From: an uncultured Poribacteria bacterium
GTDB taxonomy: Bacteria; Poribacteria; WGA-4E; WGA-3G
Length of the DNA stretch: 64,000 bases
NCBI GenBank assembly: GCA_951813565.1
Contig: OX638351.1
Span: 2,560,001-2,624,000, forward strand
Direction of reading: 5' to 3'
Under the pieces are notes generated by a model, which saw nothing but the letters and a program-made list of their open reading frames with translations, was not told where the DNA came from and did not search any database. Of this stretch, positions 10,443-19,916 are shown in pieces. A program made the position numbers and the translations under genes. Numbering within the stretch: the stretch's first letter is position 1; each line of letters opens with the position of its first letter.

Positions 10443-11027
10443 TCATGGATTTGAAAAATTATGTGAGATTCGCGCATCTTTCTGCCATTCCTCGTAGGAA
10501 AAAACCTTCTCTTTACCTTGATACACCAATTTGATCGTTGTACCAATTGGGACTTTCAGACCACCGCGTATAGGAGTAACATTAGTATTCTGTTCATTAG
10601 GTTCAGGAGGAATTATAAAATCTTGTATTCGTGGCGACATGTAATCGTCATTTTCAGGTAACTTTATGAGGACCTCCGCCCATGGAATTGCGTTAATTTG
10701 AACAGATACAAAAGCGTTGAAATCATGAGCAATTGACTTTTCTTCCTTCCATATCTCGTAAGTAAAGATTTCTTCTTCATTGTTATATCTCAAAATGAGG
10801 TCTGCGTCAATCGGGACATCCACCTTTATTTTACCATCTGCAAGTGTTGAAACACTGTTGAGGAACTGTTCCTCGCCCCCAGGTAATTTTGCAAAAACTT
10901 TTGTCCCTGGAGTAGCTTTAATTTCAACTCTGTTAGATCCAGAATTTTGAGTTATAAAGAAAACAATTGCTGCTATCAGAATCACTCCAATTACAACGGA
11001 CAGAAGAACACCAATAGATTTATTCAT
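10443..11027 (-). CDS. Membrane-anchored hypothetical protein with internally duplicated beta domain
   Basis: N-terminal TM helix; FTYEIWKEEKSIAHDF and FSYEEWQKDARISHNF repeats; GGAGA SD. Confidence 0.7.
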   Translation of the reverse strand: MNKSIGVLLSVVIGVILIAAIVFFITQNSGSNRVEIKATPGTKVFAKLPGGEEQFLNSVSTLADGKIKVDVPIDADLILRYNNEEEIFTYEIWKEEKSIAHDFNAFVSVQINAIPWAEVLIKLPENDDYMSPRIQDFIIPPEPNEQNTNVTPIRGGLKVPIGTTIKLVYQGKEKVFSYEEWQKDARISHNFSNP

Positions 11028-11209
11028 ATCTAATTCTCCTTTTCTAAATTTAGCCTAAATTCACAAAATCGCTTTAAACTTTACCTATTAAGATTATCAA
11101 AAATTGATGATATTTTCAAGCAATATTCATCTTAAAATCTTTATCCGGATTTTATATAATCAAACCAAGTACAGCGTGCATGCACCGTTCCTGTATATTT
11201 GCCTAAACC

Positions 11210-12805
11210 CTATACATGGTCTGAAGGGACTTCCTGCACCACAGGAATGACGTAGCATCGGATAGTCACCCCATCTATCGTTTCTGTTTGGACGCGTGGT
11301 TCAGGTTCGGCACGATGATCGAAAACGACGTAATATCCTTCCTGCACACCTTCTAATTTGAGATACGCGGCCAGTTGTTTCTTACCTGCATCATAACGCA
11401 GTTTCCCCTCCCAAATCTTTGTTTCAACGATATATTTACTTCCGTTCTGAAAAATAATCATGTCCATCCTGCCCCGCCCCGTTTGTGCTTCAAGGAACAT
11501 TGCACCACGGATCAGGCTAACAAACTGGTCAAGATAGGCGTAGAGGAGGTCTTGCCCAACAAATTCTTTCGGAGTTTCTGGAACTTGTAGTATCCGATAC
11601 CCTACGCGTGCAATGAAATTTTGGAAATTATCAAGAAGCAGTTCCATATTAATTTGTCCTGTCGGCGTTAGATAGTCCAGAAAATCGGTATCTTCAGGGA
11701 GGTAGTCCTGCTCAAGTCCATTCATCTCAGGCTTAAACGCCTGCAGGATGCAATAGTGGTAAATCGGATTAACAATTTGACACATCCCATCCGGTGCTTT
11801 TCCGATTACACCGAGTGTAGCAAGTTCACTGATGATTTCTCTGCGTGGGTTGAAGCGGACGCCCCTCTCATAAGAAACGATTCGCATCAGGATATTTTTA
11901 TAGCGCGGGTCTCTACGGATATTGGTCATCAGATGTGTGAGGTTAGCGTTATCTTCTTCTCGGACTTCTATGTGTGCCTGTGAAAAGTGCGTCATCGTAA
12001 TTGTTTCCGTTTTCGGAATGTCCATCTCCTCTGTGAGCATCTGTGCAAATCGGTTGACAAGGAAAGGTTGTCCGGCAGTTTGTCTGTGAATATTCTCAAT
12101 AACCTCAGGCGCGAAAGTTTGACCGACCTCATCCGTATACTGATCAAGTAGATCGCGCACCTGTTCAAAGGTGAAGTTCGGCAAAGTGAACTCGTCCTGA
12201 ATATTGAACGGTGAAATAGAGCGGTTTAGATTGAGTTGTATAATGTTCTTGACCCCTACAATACCGATACTGTAGGGACATTCACGCATAGAACGTTGAA
12301 CATAGATGGTGCGGAGTGCATGCAAGAAACCGCTCACAGCATCACGGGGAATGCCATCAAATTCGTCAATGATGAGGACAAGTTTTTCATCTCCAAGAAA
12401 AGCCCCGAACTGTTGAAAAAATCTGAGCATTGCAACGTGATCGGTTAACTTCGCGTTTTCCAAGAATTGGCTTTGCGCTTCAGATGGCACGTATCCGCGT
12501 TTCTCAAAGACACATTTAATCTCCTCATATATGCTTTCATAAAGTTCGGTATAAAAATCGGACGCGCTATAGTTTTCATAAACCTCAAAATTCAGTTCAA
12601 TCGGGAAGTAGGTTTCTGTCTGATCGGTTGTGAGGGCATTAAGAGCCCATTGGAAAAATGTCGTCTTGCCTGTCTGCCGAGGAGCGAATATAACGATATA
12701 TCGTCCCTGCTTAACGCGATTGATGAAATCAGCGAGTTCCGCGCTGCGTGAGACAACGTAATGATCTTCAGGATTTACAGGACCGTGAGTGCCAAATGTT
12801 CTCAT
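11210..12805 (-). CDS. AAA-like ATPase with C-terminal PD-(D/E)xK nuclease-like domain
   Basis: Walker A APRQTGKT, Walker B IIDEFD, GRMD...VETK...QLAAY. Confidence 0.85.
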   Translation of the reverse strand: MRTFGTHGPVNPEDHYVVSRSAELADFINRVKQGRYIVIFAPRQTGKTTFFQWALNALTTDQTETYFPIELNFEVYENYSASDFYTELYESIYEEIKCVFEKRGYVPSEAQSQFLENAKLTDHVAMLRFFQQFGAFLGDEKLVLIIDEFDGIPRDAVSGFLHALRTIYVQRSMRECPYSIGIVGVKNIIQLNLNRSISPFNIQDEFTLPNFTFEQVRDLLDQYTDEVGQTFAPEVIENIHRQTAGQPFLVNRFAQMLTEEMDIPKTETITMTHFSQAHIEVREEDNANLTHLMTNIRRDPRYKNILMRIVSYERGVRFNPRREIISELATLGVIGKAPDGMCQIVNPIYHYCILQAFKPEMNGLEQDYLPEDTDFLDYLTPTGQINMELLLDNFQNFIARVGYRILQVPETPKEFVGQDLLYAYLDQFVSLIRGAMFLEAQTGRGRMDMIIFQNGSKYIVETKIWEGKLRYDAGKKQLAAYLKLEGVQEGYYVVFDHRAEPEPRVQTETIDGVTIRCYVIPVVQEVPSDHV

Positions 12806-12851
12806 GTTTTTCTCAATAACGATGCAGACAAAGACCCGCTGCGTATGTCTG

Positions 12852-13676
12852 CTACTTTTGTGTCATTCCTAATTTTTCTTCTAAACGCACAATATGTCGA
12901 TAGGTTGTAGAGAAGATCATGTCAAGCGTAGCAATGTCTCGTGCCTCTAACGGCGCGCGTGAAAATACACGCCGTAACGATTTCAAATACGTCTCCCATT
13001 CCTGATTATACGGAGACATACCCACCTTATCTAATAAACGGGTAACCCTTCCATAGAATTCCTCCAAAGCGTTTACTTCAGCATAGTCAATCTCAACAGA
13101 CGCATGTTCCTCCAAACTCGCAATGAATACCTCATACGCGAAGATTTGAACTGCTTGTGCTAAATTCAGAGACGGATTTTTGGTCGCCATCGGCACACTT
13201 GCTGTCAACTGGCAGAGACTCATCTGATCTGTGGATAACCCGAAGTCTTCACGACCAAAAAGTAGGGCGACCGATTTATCCTGTGAGACGGATGCGATTG
13301 TGTCTGCAGCATCGCGAGCAGTTACAGGTGATGGTAGGCGCATATCACGGCGACGGTGTGTTGTGCCAACAAGGTACTGAATGCCTTCAAGCGCATCCTT
13401 TAGTTCAGGAACAACTTTGCAGTTTTCCAAAACATCCTTTGCCCCGTGTGCCATGGACCATGCCGCGTCCACATTCTGAAACGGAACAGGATGGACAAGG
13501 TAAAGCTGCGATAATCCCATGCCTTTTACAACTCTTGCGACAGAGCCGATGTTGCCCGGTTCTCGCGGTTCAAAGAGAATTACACGAACATTCGCAAGGT
13601 TCTCTGGCACAGCTACAGGAATAGCGCGGAAACTCTCTGTTGGTTGAATCGGTTTTCTATAGGTCTCAGTTGACAT
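12852..13676 (-). CDS. SPOUT RNA methyltransferase, TrmJ/TrmH family
   Basis: EPGNIGSVAR, LFGREDFGLS, SLNLAQAV; start moved to ATG 13676 because the ORF-track extension is REP-derived. Confidence 0.9.
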   Translation of the reverse strand: MSTETYRKPIQPTESFRAIPVAVPENLANVRVILFEPREPGNIGSVARVVKGMGLSQLYLVHPVPFQNVDAAWSMAHGAKDVLENCKVVPELKDALEGIQYLVGTTHRRRDMRLPSPVTARDAADTIASVSQDKSVALLFGREDFGLSTDQMSLCQLTASVPMATKNPSLNLAQAVQIFAYEVFIASLEEHASVEIDYAEVNALEEFYGRVTRLLDKVGMSPYNQEWETYLKSLRRVFSRAPLEARDIATLDMIFSTTYRHIVRLEEKLGMTQK

Positions 13677-13683
13677 AATAATA

Positions 13684-13712
13684 AAGGTATAGCAAATTGC
13701 ACAAATTGTCAA
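13684..13712 (-). promoter_or_regulatory. Putative sigma70 promoter of a leaderless mRNA
   Basis: TTGACA-17 nt-TACCTT, 7 nt before the ATG, no SD. Confidence 0.55.
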
Positions 13713-13788
13713 GTGGAATGTTTGTGGAGGGTGTGTAAATATTTGGTTACATAGGTTCAATTTGCAATGATTACGCGGCGTTTCCCAC

Positions 13789-13900
13789 TGTAGGGCGGGG
13801 TCCCTGTGCCCCGCCACTGCGCAGGACGTGCCATGCAACGGGCAGGCACCAAATCAACGGCCCGAATGCCTTTTGGCATTCCCGGAGACCCGCCCCTACA
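13789..13900. repeat. Inverted pair of GTAG-type REP-like palindromes carrying a 34-nt insert
   Basis: tgtagggcggggtccctgtgccccgcc ... ggagacccgcccctaca. Confidence 0.75.
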
Positions 13901-13988
13901 ATAGGAGTTGTGCGGATTTCTACAAAAACTTTACACACCCGTTTGTGGAGGTTTGTGGAAGACAAGGTTACATTCCGTAAATGCACCA

Positions 13989-14585
13989 TTAAAGCGGTAG
14001 ATAATTAACCATTAGCTGCATCACAGTCCCAGAGATAAGAGGCATTGTTAAATTATCATTTATCCGAAGTGGGAGGAGTTCAACAAGAGTAGCTACGAAT
14101 GCACCAGTAAGACCAACAATTGGGTTCAGCCAGAAAAGCGAAATTGCAGCACAAACGATGAAACATGCAGCACTCCCCTCTAAACTCTTGTTACCGATAA
14201 GTTTTGTCTGTCCCCACCTTTTTCCAACTAAGGCAGCAGCCGTATCTCCCAAAATAATGAAAAAAATACAGGCGATGGCAATAGATTTCTCAAAAAAGAA
14301 AATGCATAGCAAGATGCTGACGATATAGTAAGTCGCACCGGTAATCGCTCCTTTCTGTTCATGAGTCCGAAGAATGGACTTGAAAACACGAAAAAAGAAA
14401 TCTCGGAAACGTTCAGATACCCATTTCAAAAATTCTACTACCACCGCAATACCTGCCAAACATCCGACAATGAGCAACATAGTGGACTTTTCCAAAACAA
14501 TATAAATTAGGGGTAAGAAGAATCCTGCCAGATGGGTCGTTTTTCGGAGCAATTCCGTGATCATGAATTTGGAGTCTCCACTCAA
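13989..14585 (-). CDS. Diacylglycerol/polyprenol (phytol/dolichol-type) kinase family membrane protein
   Basis: RKTTH, GDTAAALVG, KSLEGS, NDNL motifs. Confidence 0.85.
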   Translation of the reverse strand: MSGDSKFMITELLRKTTHLAGFFLPLIYIVLEKSTMLLIVGCLAGIAVVVEFLKWVSERFRDFFFRVFKSILRTHEQKGAITGATYYIVSILLCIFFFEKSIAIACIFFIILGDTAAALVGKRWGQTKLIGNKSLEGSAACFIVCAAISLFWLNPIVGLTGAFVATLVELLPLRINDNLTMPLISGTVMQLMVNYLPL

Positions 14586-14776
14586 TGAAGTTAAGGTTAA
14601 TGTAGGTTTATTATTGCAGATTTATACAGTCAAATACAAGAAAAAATATTTTCTTGTATTTGGCAAGAAATTATCACAATTTTGTTTCAATTTCGGGTTA
14701 AAATTTCTTTATCATTGGAATTGTTTGAGAATAAATAGAATGATCGTAAATCAACAGAATTAAAATGAGAGGAAAC

Positions 14777-17641
14777 ATGAAAGGTCTTTGCATCAGGTTG
14801 TTATTTTTTATGCTTGGTATGGGACTCATCTGGACAGTAGGTGCAGCTGCGCAAGAAACACAGCAGACCGTAAAAATCACAGGAGTTGTCGTAGATAGTG
14901 ATACCGATACACCGTTAGTTGATGTGACGATAAAGGTAGTAGACACAAACATCACGGTAAAGACTGATGAAACAGGGGCGTTTTCTTTAGAATTGCCTGC
15001 TGGCACTTATACTTTTCAAATTTCTGCGCCGTTCTACAACGCTGCTGTACTTTCTGATATTGAAGTCAACGCCCAAGGTTTATCAAAACCGCTACAGGTT
15101 GCACTTGAACCACAAGTTATAAAGTTAGATGCAATTAATATGAAGGTTCGATTAAGTCAATCTGGAGAACGCGGTCTTCTTGAAAAACGGATGCGGAGCT
15201 CTCGAATTGAAGATAGCATTAGTACTGAAGAAATCAGCAAATTGCCGGACTCCTCAGCGGCTCAGGCTATTAAGCGTGTAACAGGTGTTAGTATTGTAGG
15301 TGGTAAATATGTGTTTGTCCGTGGGTTAGGTGAACGTTATAGTAATACCCTTCTCAACAATGTTGAAATTCCGAGTCCGGAACCGAATCGTCGGGTTGTC
15401 CCGATGGACATCTTCCCTGCAAGTTTGCTTGCAAGCCTCCAAACTGTGAAAACATTTTCACCTGATCAACCCGGAGGATTTGCTGGTGGTTCAGTGCAGG
15501 TATTTACAAAAGACTTTCCAGAAGCGTTGATGATGTCGCTTTCGCTATCTACCGGTTTCAATACACAGGCAACCGGCACAGACGGATTGACTTATCCTGG
15601 TGGAAGTCTTGATTTTTTAGGATTTGATGACGGTTCGCGTAAGCTACCAGAAATTATCCAAGAAAAAGCAGATGAAATTCCTATCCGCGAACGTGGTCGT
15701 TTTACTACAACAGGATTCACACGTGAAGATATTCAGGAATTTGGACGCGCTTTTTCTAACGTTTGGTCACCCGAACGGCATGCGATCCCCGCAAATCAAG
15801 GTTATAAATTCAGTATCGGTAACAGCAGGACAATTTTTGGCAAACAATTTGGTTATCTCGGTGTCATCTCCTATGGTAATAGCCATAGTTACAGTACGCA
15901 GGTGCGCAAAGCATTCCGCATAGGATTAAACGAGACACTTTCACCCGTAACCGATTACGCTGTTGAAGAAAGTGGACACGAAGTCGACTGGGGAAGTGTT
16001 ATAAACGCAAGTCTGCGGTTTTCACCGCACCATCTCCTCAGTTTGCGGACGCTTACGACACACGCAGCAGAAGACCAAACCCGGACATGGGAAGGTTTTA
16101 ACGCTGATAGAAATACGGATATGCGGAGTGCACGTCTTAGATATGTTGAACGCCAACTCTTCTCAGGACAATTGGCAGGCACGCACGGGTTTAATTTTGG
16201 CGAACCAGAATTGCAAAACGCCGCTGCAGAAGAAAATATTGATTCCATGGAAATGGTATTAAATCAACCAGATTTTTCTATGGAATGGCGGCTCACCTAT
16301 TCGCGTGCGGCGCGCGATGAACCCGACACACGTGAAGTAATTTATGAAGATAGAGGTGACGGCACGTACACATTTCGCGATGTTACACATAGTGGTAGTA
16401 GATTCTTCTTTGACCTTGAAGATGATGAATATAACGCACGCGCTGACTGGAAATTAGTGATCAGGGAAACAGGTTTCTTCAAATTTGGAGGCCTCTTACG
16501 AAATAGGGATCGTTCGTTTGATGTTCGGAGATTCAGATTCTTGCCTTCAGATAATGTTGATACAGCTGTTGATTTGTCCTCACCACCGGAAACGCTTTTC
16601 CAAACTGAAAACATTGCCCCACGCGTCTTTGAATTACGCGAATCTACCCTTGCAACTGATAACTACCTCGCTGACCATAATATCTACTCAGGTTATCTGA
16701 TGCTTGATATTCCGCTTACTACAAAATGGCAAGTGATGACGGGATTACGATTGGAATCCTCTAATCAAGTAGTAACAACATTTGACCCGTTTTCTCCGGT
16801 ATTGAAGCCAATTAAGGCAGATTTGGAAACCCTTGACCTGCTTCCGGGACTCAACCTTACATATCGGTTAACAGAAAGGATGAATTTGCGTGCTGCCGTA
16901 TCACGAACAGTCACACGTCCCGATTTTCGAGAACTTGCACCTTTTGAATTTACAGACTTTGTTGGTGGGAGAACTATTCTTGGAAATCCTGACTTAGAAC
17001 GTACACTGATTGATAATTACGACTTCCGTTGGGAAGTTTTTCCAAATACAAGCGGTGGCGGTGTTGTGGCAATAAGTGCATTTTACAAGCGGTTCCAAAA
17101 ACCGATTGAACAGATTATCCAACCGCAAGCTGAAGTTCGCATCACTTATGAAAACGCAGAAGGCGCTAACAACTACGGATTGGAATTTGAAGCGCGCCAG
17201 AACTTAAGTGTACTCTCACCAAAATTGAGCGCTTTTTCAATTAACACAAATGCCGCGTTTATTGCGTCCAGAGTTGTGCTTCCCGAAGATGTTGGTATTC
17301 AGACATCCTCGGAACGCCCCCTGCAAGGACAGTGCCCTTACATCATCAATCTTTCAGTAGGATACGAAGAGCCAAACTGGGGAATTTCAAGTTCAGTTGC
17401 ATACAACATTTATGGACGACGACTCTCTGATGTAGGCAACCATGGTGCGCCAGATGTTTTTGAACAACCGCGTGGACAGTTAGATATGAGTTTTAGCCGG
17501 ACAGTTGCTGATACATACAAATTTAGTTTTTCCGCTAAAAACCTGCTTAACCCTGCTGTTCACTTCAAACAGGGTGAAGCAACATCAGTCAGTTATAAAA
17601 TTGGCAGATCGTTTTCATTTGGGATAAGTTATAACCTATAA
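14777..17641 (+). CDS. TonB-dependent receptor with N-terminal carboxypeptidase-regulatory-like domain
   Basis: Signal peptide; plug motif RVTGVSIVGGKYVFVRGLGERYS; RPDFRELAP, GNPDL; terminal beta strand; GAGG SD before ATG 14777. Confidence 0.93.
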   Translation: MKGLCIRLLFFMLGMGLIWTVGAAAQETQQTVKITGVVVDSDTDTPLVDVTIKVVDTNITVKTDETGAFSLELPAGTYTFQISAPFYNAAVLSDIEVNAQGLSKPLQVALEPQVIKLDAINMKVRLSQSGERGLLEKRMRSSRIEDSISTEEISKLPDSSAAQAIKRVTGVSIVGGKYVFVRGLGERYSNTLLNNVEIPSPEPNRRVVPMDIFPASLLASLQTVKTFSPDQPGGFAGGSVQVFTKDFPEALMMSLSLSTGFNTQATGTDGLTYPGGSLDFLGFDDGSRKLPEIIQEKADEIPIRERGRFTTTGFTREDIQEFGRAFSNVWSPERHAIPANQGYKFSIGNSRTIFGKQFGYLGVISYGNSHSYSTQVRKAFRIGLNETLSPVTDYAVEESGHEVDWGSVINASLRFSPHHLLSLRTLTTHAAEDQTRTWEGFNADRNTDMRSARLRYVERQLFSGQLAGTHGFNFGEPELQNAAAEENIDSMEMVLNQPDFSMEWRLTYSRAARDEPDTREVIYEDRGDGTYTFRDVTHSGSRFFFDLEDDEYNARADWKLVIRETGFFKFGGLLRNRDRSFDVRRFRFLPSDNVDTAVDLSSPPETLFQTENIAPRVFELRESTLATDNYLADHNIYSGYLMLDIPLTTKWQVMTGLRLESSNQVVTTFDPFSPVLKPIKADLETLDLLPGLNLTYRLTERMNLRAAVSRTVTRPDFRELAPFEFTDFVGGRTILGNPDLERTLIDNYDFRWEVFPNTSGGGVVAISAFYKRFQKPIEQIIQPQAEVRITYENAEGANNYGLEFEARQNLSVLSPKLSAFSINTNAAFIASRVVLPEDVGIQTSSERPLQGQCPYIINLSVGYEEPNWGISSSVAYNIYGRRLSDVGNHGAPDVFEQPRGQLDMSFSRTVADTYKFSFSAKNLLNPAVHFKQGEATSVSYKIGRSFSFGISYNL

Positions 17642-17724
17642 CCACGCTAACGACTTATGAAAGTTTATCAGACATTTCTTTGGATGTTTCAAGTTAGTCA
17701 CAGAGATGATTAAGTGCCGATAAA

Positions 17725-17754
17725 AAGTCATAACGTCGTCAGTATTTTGTAACA
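17725..17754 (+). promoter_or_regulatory. Pho-box-like site with three half-sites at 11-bp period
   Basis: GTCAT at 17727, GTCAG at 17738, GTAAC at 17749. Confidence 0.6.
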
Positions 17755-17786
17755 ATTAATGAGTAGTATTAAACGTGACAGAAATT

Positions 17787-17846
17787 GATTGTAGTGACTT
17801 CTAATCAAAGGATTGTAGTGACTTCTAATCAAAGGATTGTAGTGAC
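17787..17846 (+). repeat. Perfect 24-bp tandem repeat x2.5
   Basis: gattgtagtgacttctaatcaaag at 17787 and 17811, partial copy at 17835. Confidence 0.95.
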
Positions 17847-17907
17847 AATAAAAGTCCATTCATTATTGTAAGTGGGATTTAAAATAGAAAGGAGCTTTGC
17901 TAAACTA

Positions 17908-19263
17908 ATGTCAAATATCGTGTCAACCCTAAAATCCAGTTGGATACAAGGTAAATTTACATGGTTGTTTCAGTTAATGGTCATCTGCACATTCGGATTT
18001 ACCTTAGTTTTTGTCGGATGTGGTGAAGATGGTGACCCAGAACCAGAACCAATAGTTGAGGAAATCATTATTGTTGATGGACGTGAAGTGGTTGTCCTAC
18101 AAGGCACACTCACGGAAGATAAAACACTTTCATCGGACTATGATTATTTGTTGCGCGGTGCAGTGTTTGTTGAAGATGGTGCTACGCTAACAATTGAACC
18201 CGGTGTTACAATTTACGGGGAACAGGCACAAAACGGCACCCTGATTGTCGCGCAAGGTGGAAAGATTATGGCAGATGGCACAGCCGATGCACCTATCGTT
18301 ATGACAAGTGATGCTGAAATTGGACAACGCGCACGTGGACAGTGGGGCGGTTTGATTATCAATGGTAGAGCACCCACAAATCAGGGTATTACCGCTGGTG
18401 AAGGGAACACAGGAGATTTCGGCGGAAACGATCCTGCTGATAACAGTGGTGTGTTGCGTTATGTCCGTGTTGAATATGCTGGTATTGAATTTAGTCCAGA
18501 CAATGAATTGAACGGTATCGCTTTACAAGGTGTCGGTTCTGGTACGGTTATTGAATATGTCCAGGTGCACATGAACCAGGATGACGGAATTGAAATGTTT
18601 GGTGGTACTGTCAATCTGAAATACGCGCTCGTCACTGGTGCTCGCGATGATTCATTTGATTGGACAGACGGTTGGACAGGTAAAGGTCAATTTTGGGTTG
18701 CTCAGCAGTACGGTGATGAAGCTGATAACGGCTTCGAAAATGATAACAGCAGTAAAAATAACGAAGCAACCCCGCGTTCCGCACCAACTATTTTCAACGT
18801 AACGCTCGTGGGAGATCCAGCAGATGGATCCAAAAGCGATAACGGCATGCTGATTCGTGAAGGTGCCGCAGGTATGTATGTAAACTTCATCGTTACTGGT
18901 TTCAGAGAAGTTGGACTTGATGTTAACAATGAATCATCACACAAGCAAGCGAATGAAGGAAATTTGATCGTTAAAAACAGCATCTTCTTTGATAACGGCA
19001 AAGCCAACTTCGGCGATGAAAAAGATGATGACGGTTTTGATGAAGCAGCATGGGCAAAAGGTCTTGACAATTACGAAAAAGACCCGAATCTCGTAGCACC
19101 GTTCAACAAAGACAATCCGAATTTTACACCCGGTGCTGGTGCCGCTTCTGTTAGTGCCGCTTCACCACCTTCAGGCGGTTTCTTTGAAACTGCTAACTTC
19201 ATCGGCGGCGTGAGTTCTTCCAATAACTGGACAACAGGTTGGACAACGAGTGCGCGGAACTAA
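17908..19263 (+). CDS. Lipoprotein with predicted right-handed beta-helix (TBDR partner)
   Basis: Lipobox FVG-C; GQWGGLII, NSGVLRYVRVEYAG, DDGIEMFGG, DDSFDW motifs. Confidence 0.8.
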   Translation: MSNIVSTLKSSWIQGKFTWLFQLMVICTFGFTLVFVGCGEDGDPEPEPIVEEIIIVDGREVVVLQGTLTEDKTLSSDYDYLLRGAVFVEDGATLTIEPGVTIYGEQAQNGTLIVAQGGKIMADGTADAPIVMTSDAEIGQRARGQWGGLIINGRAPTNQGITAGEGNTGDFGGNDPADNSGVLRYVRVEYAGIEFSPDNELNGIALQGVGSGTVIEYVQVHMNQDDGIEMFGGTVNLKYALVTGARDDSFDWTDGWTGKGQFWVAQQYGDEADNGFENDNSSKNNEATPRSAPTIFNVTLVGDPADGSKSDNGMLIREGAAGMYVNFIVTGFREVGLDVNNESSHKQANEGNLIVKNSIFFDNGKANFGDEKDDDGFDEAAWAKGLDNYEKDPNLVAPFNKDNPNFTPGAGAASVSAASPPSGGFFETANFIGGVSSSNNWTTGWTTSARN

Positions 19264-19777
19264 ACGGTGTAGTACTACAATCTCTGCTGGGTGCTACCTC
19301 TCTCACATTGCGATTGCAGTTCTACTGTTTAGCATTAGTTTGATGGGGTGTCAGCGTCAAGTATGGGAAAACAGTCTCGATTCGCCAGACCAACTTGGTC
19401 TGGCAGTCGTTGACGCTTTAAATCAGAAAGATATTGTCCAGTTAAACGAGTTGCGGGTACAAGAGAAGGCGTATGTTTCTTGGATTTATCCAGCTTTTCC
19501 GAGAAGCAATTTTCCACCTGATTTCGCTTGGTCAAATCTGAATAAAAAATGTAAAGTAGGCATGAAAAGGTGGATTGACCGATATGGTGGACTTAACCTT
19601 AGTTTTGTAAATATACGATTCGATAAACCGACAGAATCTTATGATGGGTTCCAACTTTTACGTGGAACCGTTTTGACGTTACGGAATTCCGCGGGGCAAA
19701 AAGAAGAATTAAAGATTTTGGGCTCCGTTGTTATGAAGGATAATCGTTACAAATTGCTCAGCTATGATGACGGCTAA
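19250..19777 (+). CDS. Hypothetical lipoprotein (start uncertain)
   Basis: Hydrophobic stretch plus lipobox LMG-C; overlaps the previous stop codon. Confidence 0.65.
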   Translation: MRGTKRCSTTISAGCYLSHIAIAVLLFSISLMGCQRQVWENSLDSPDQLGLAVVDALNQKDIVQLNELRVQEKAYVSWIYPAFPRSNFPPDFAWSNLNKKCKVGMKRWIDRYGGLNLSFVNIRFDKPTESYDGFQLLRGTVLTLRNSAGQKEELKILGSVVMKDNRYKLLSYDDG

Positions 19778-19916
19778 TTTCAGTTTTTATATGCAAATTG
19801 AATTGCATTTTTAATCTGTTTTTGTATGGTATCTACACCAAAACTGAAATCTATAAATTATAGGCAGATATTGTACTTCAAATGCCTTATCTAAAATCTG
19901 GGAGGACTTAAATTTA

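Noticed and set aside
13677..13989. N-terminal extension of the methyltransferase and the 72-aa ORF 13771-13989
   Set aside because: These are translations of promoter and REP sequence.
17787..17846. CRISPR array
   Set aside because: Repeats are contiguous with no spacers, and no cas genes are in the window.
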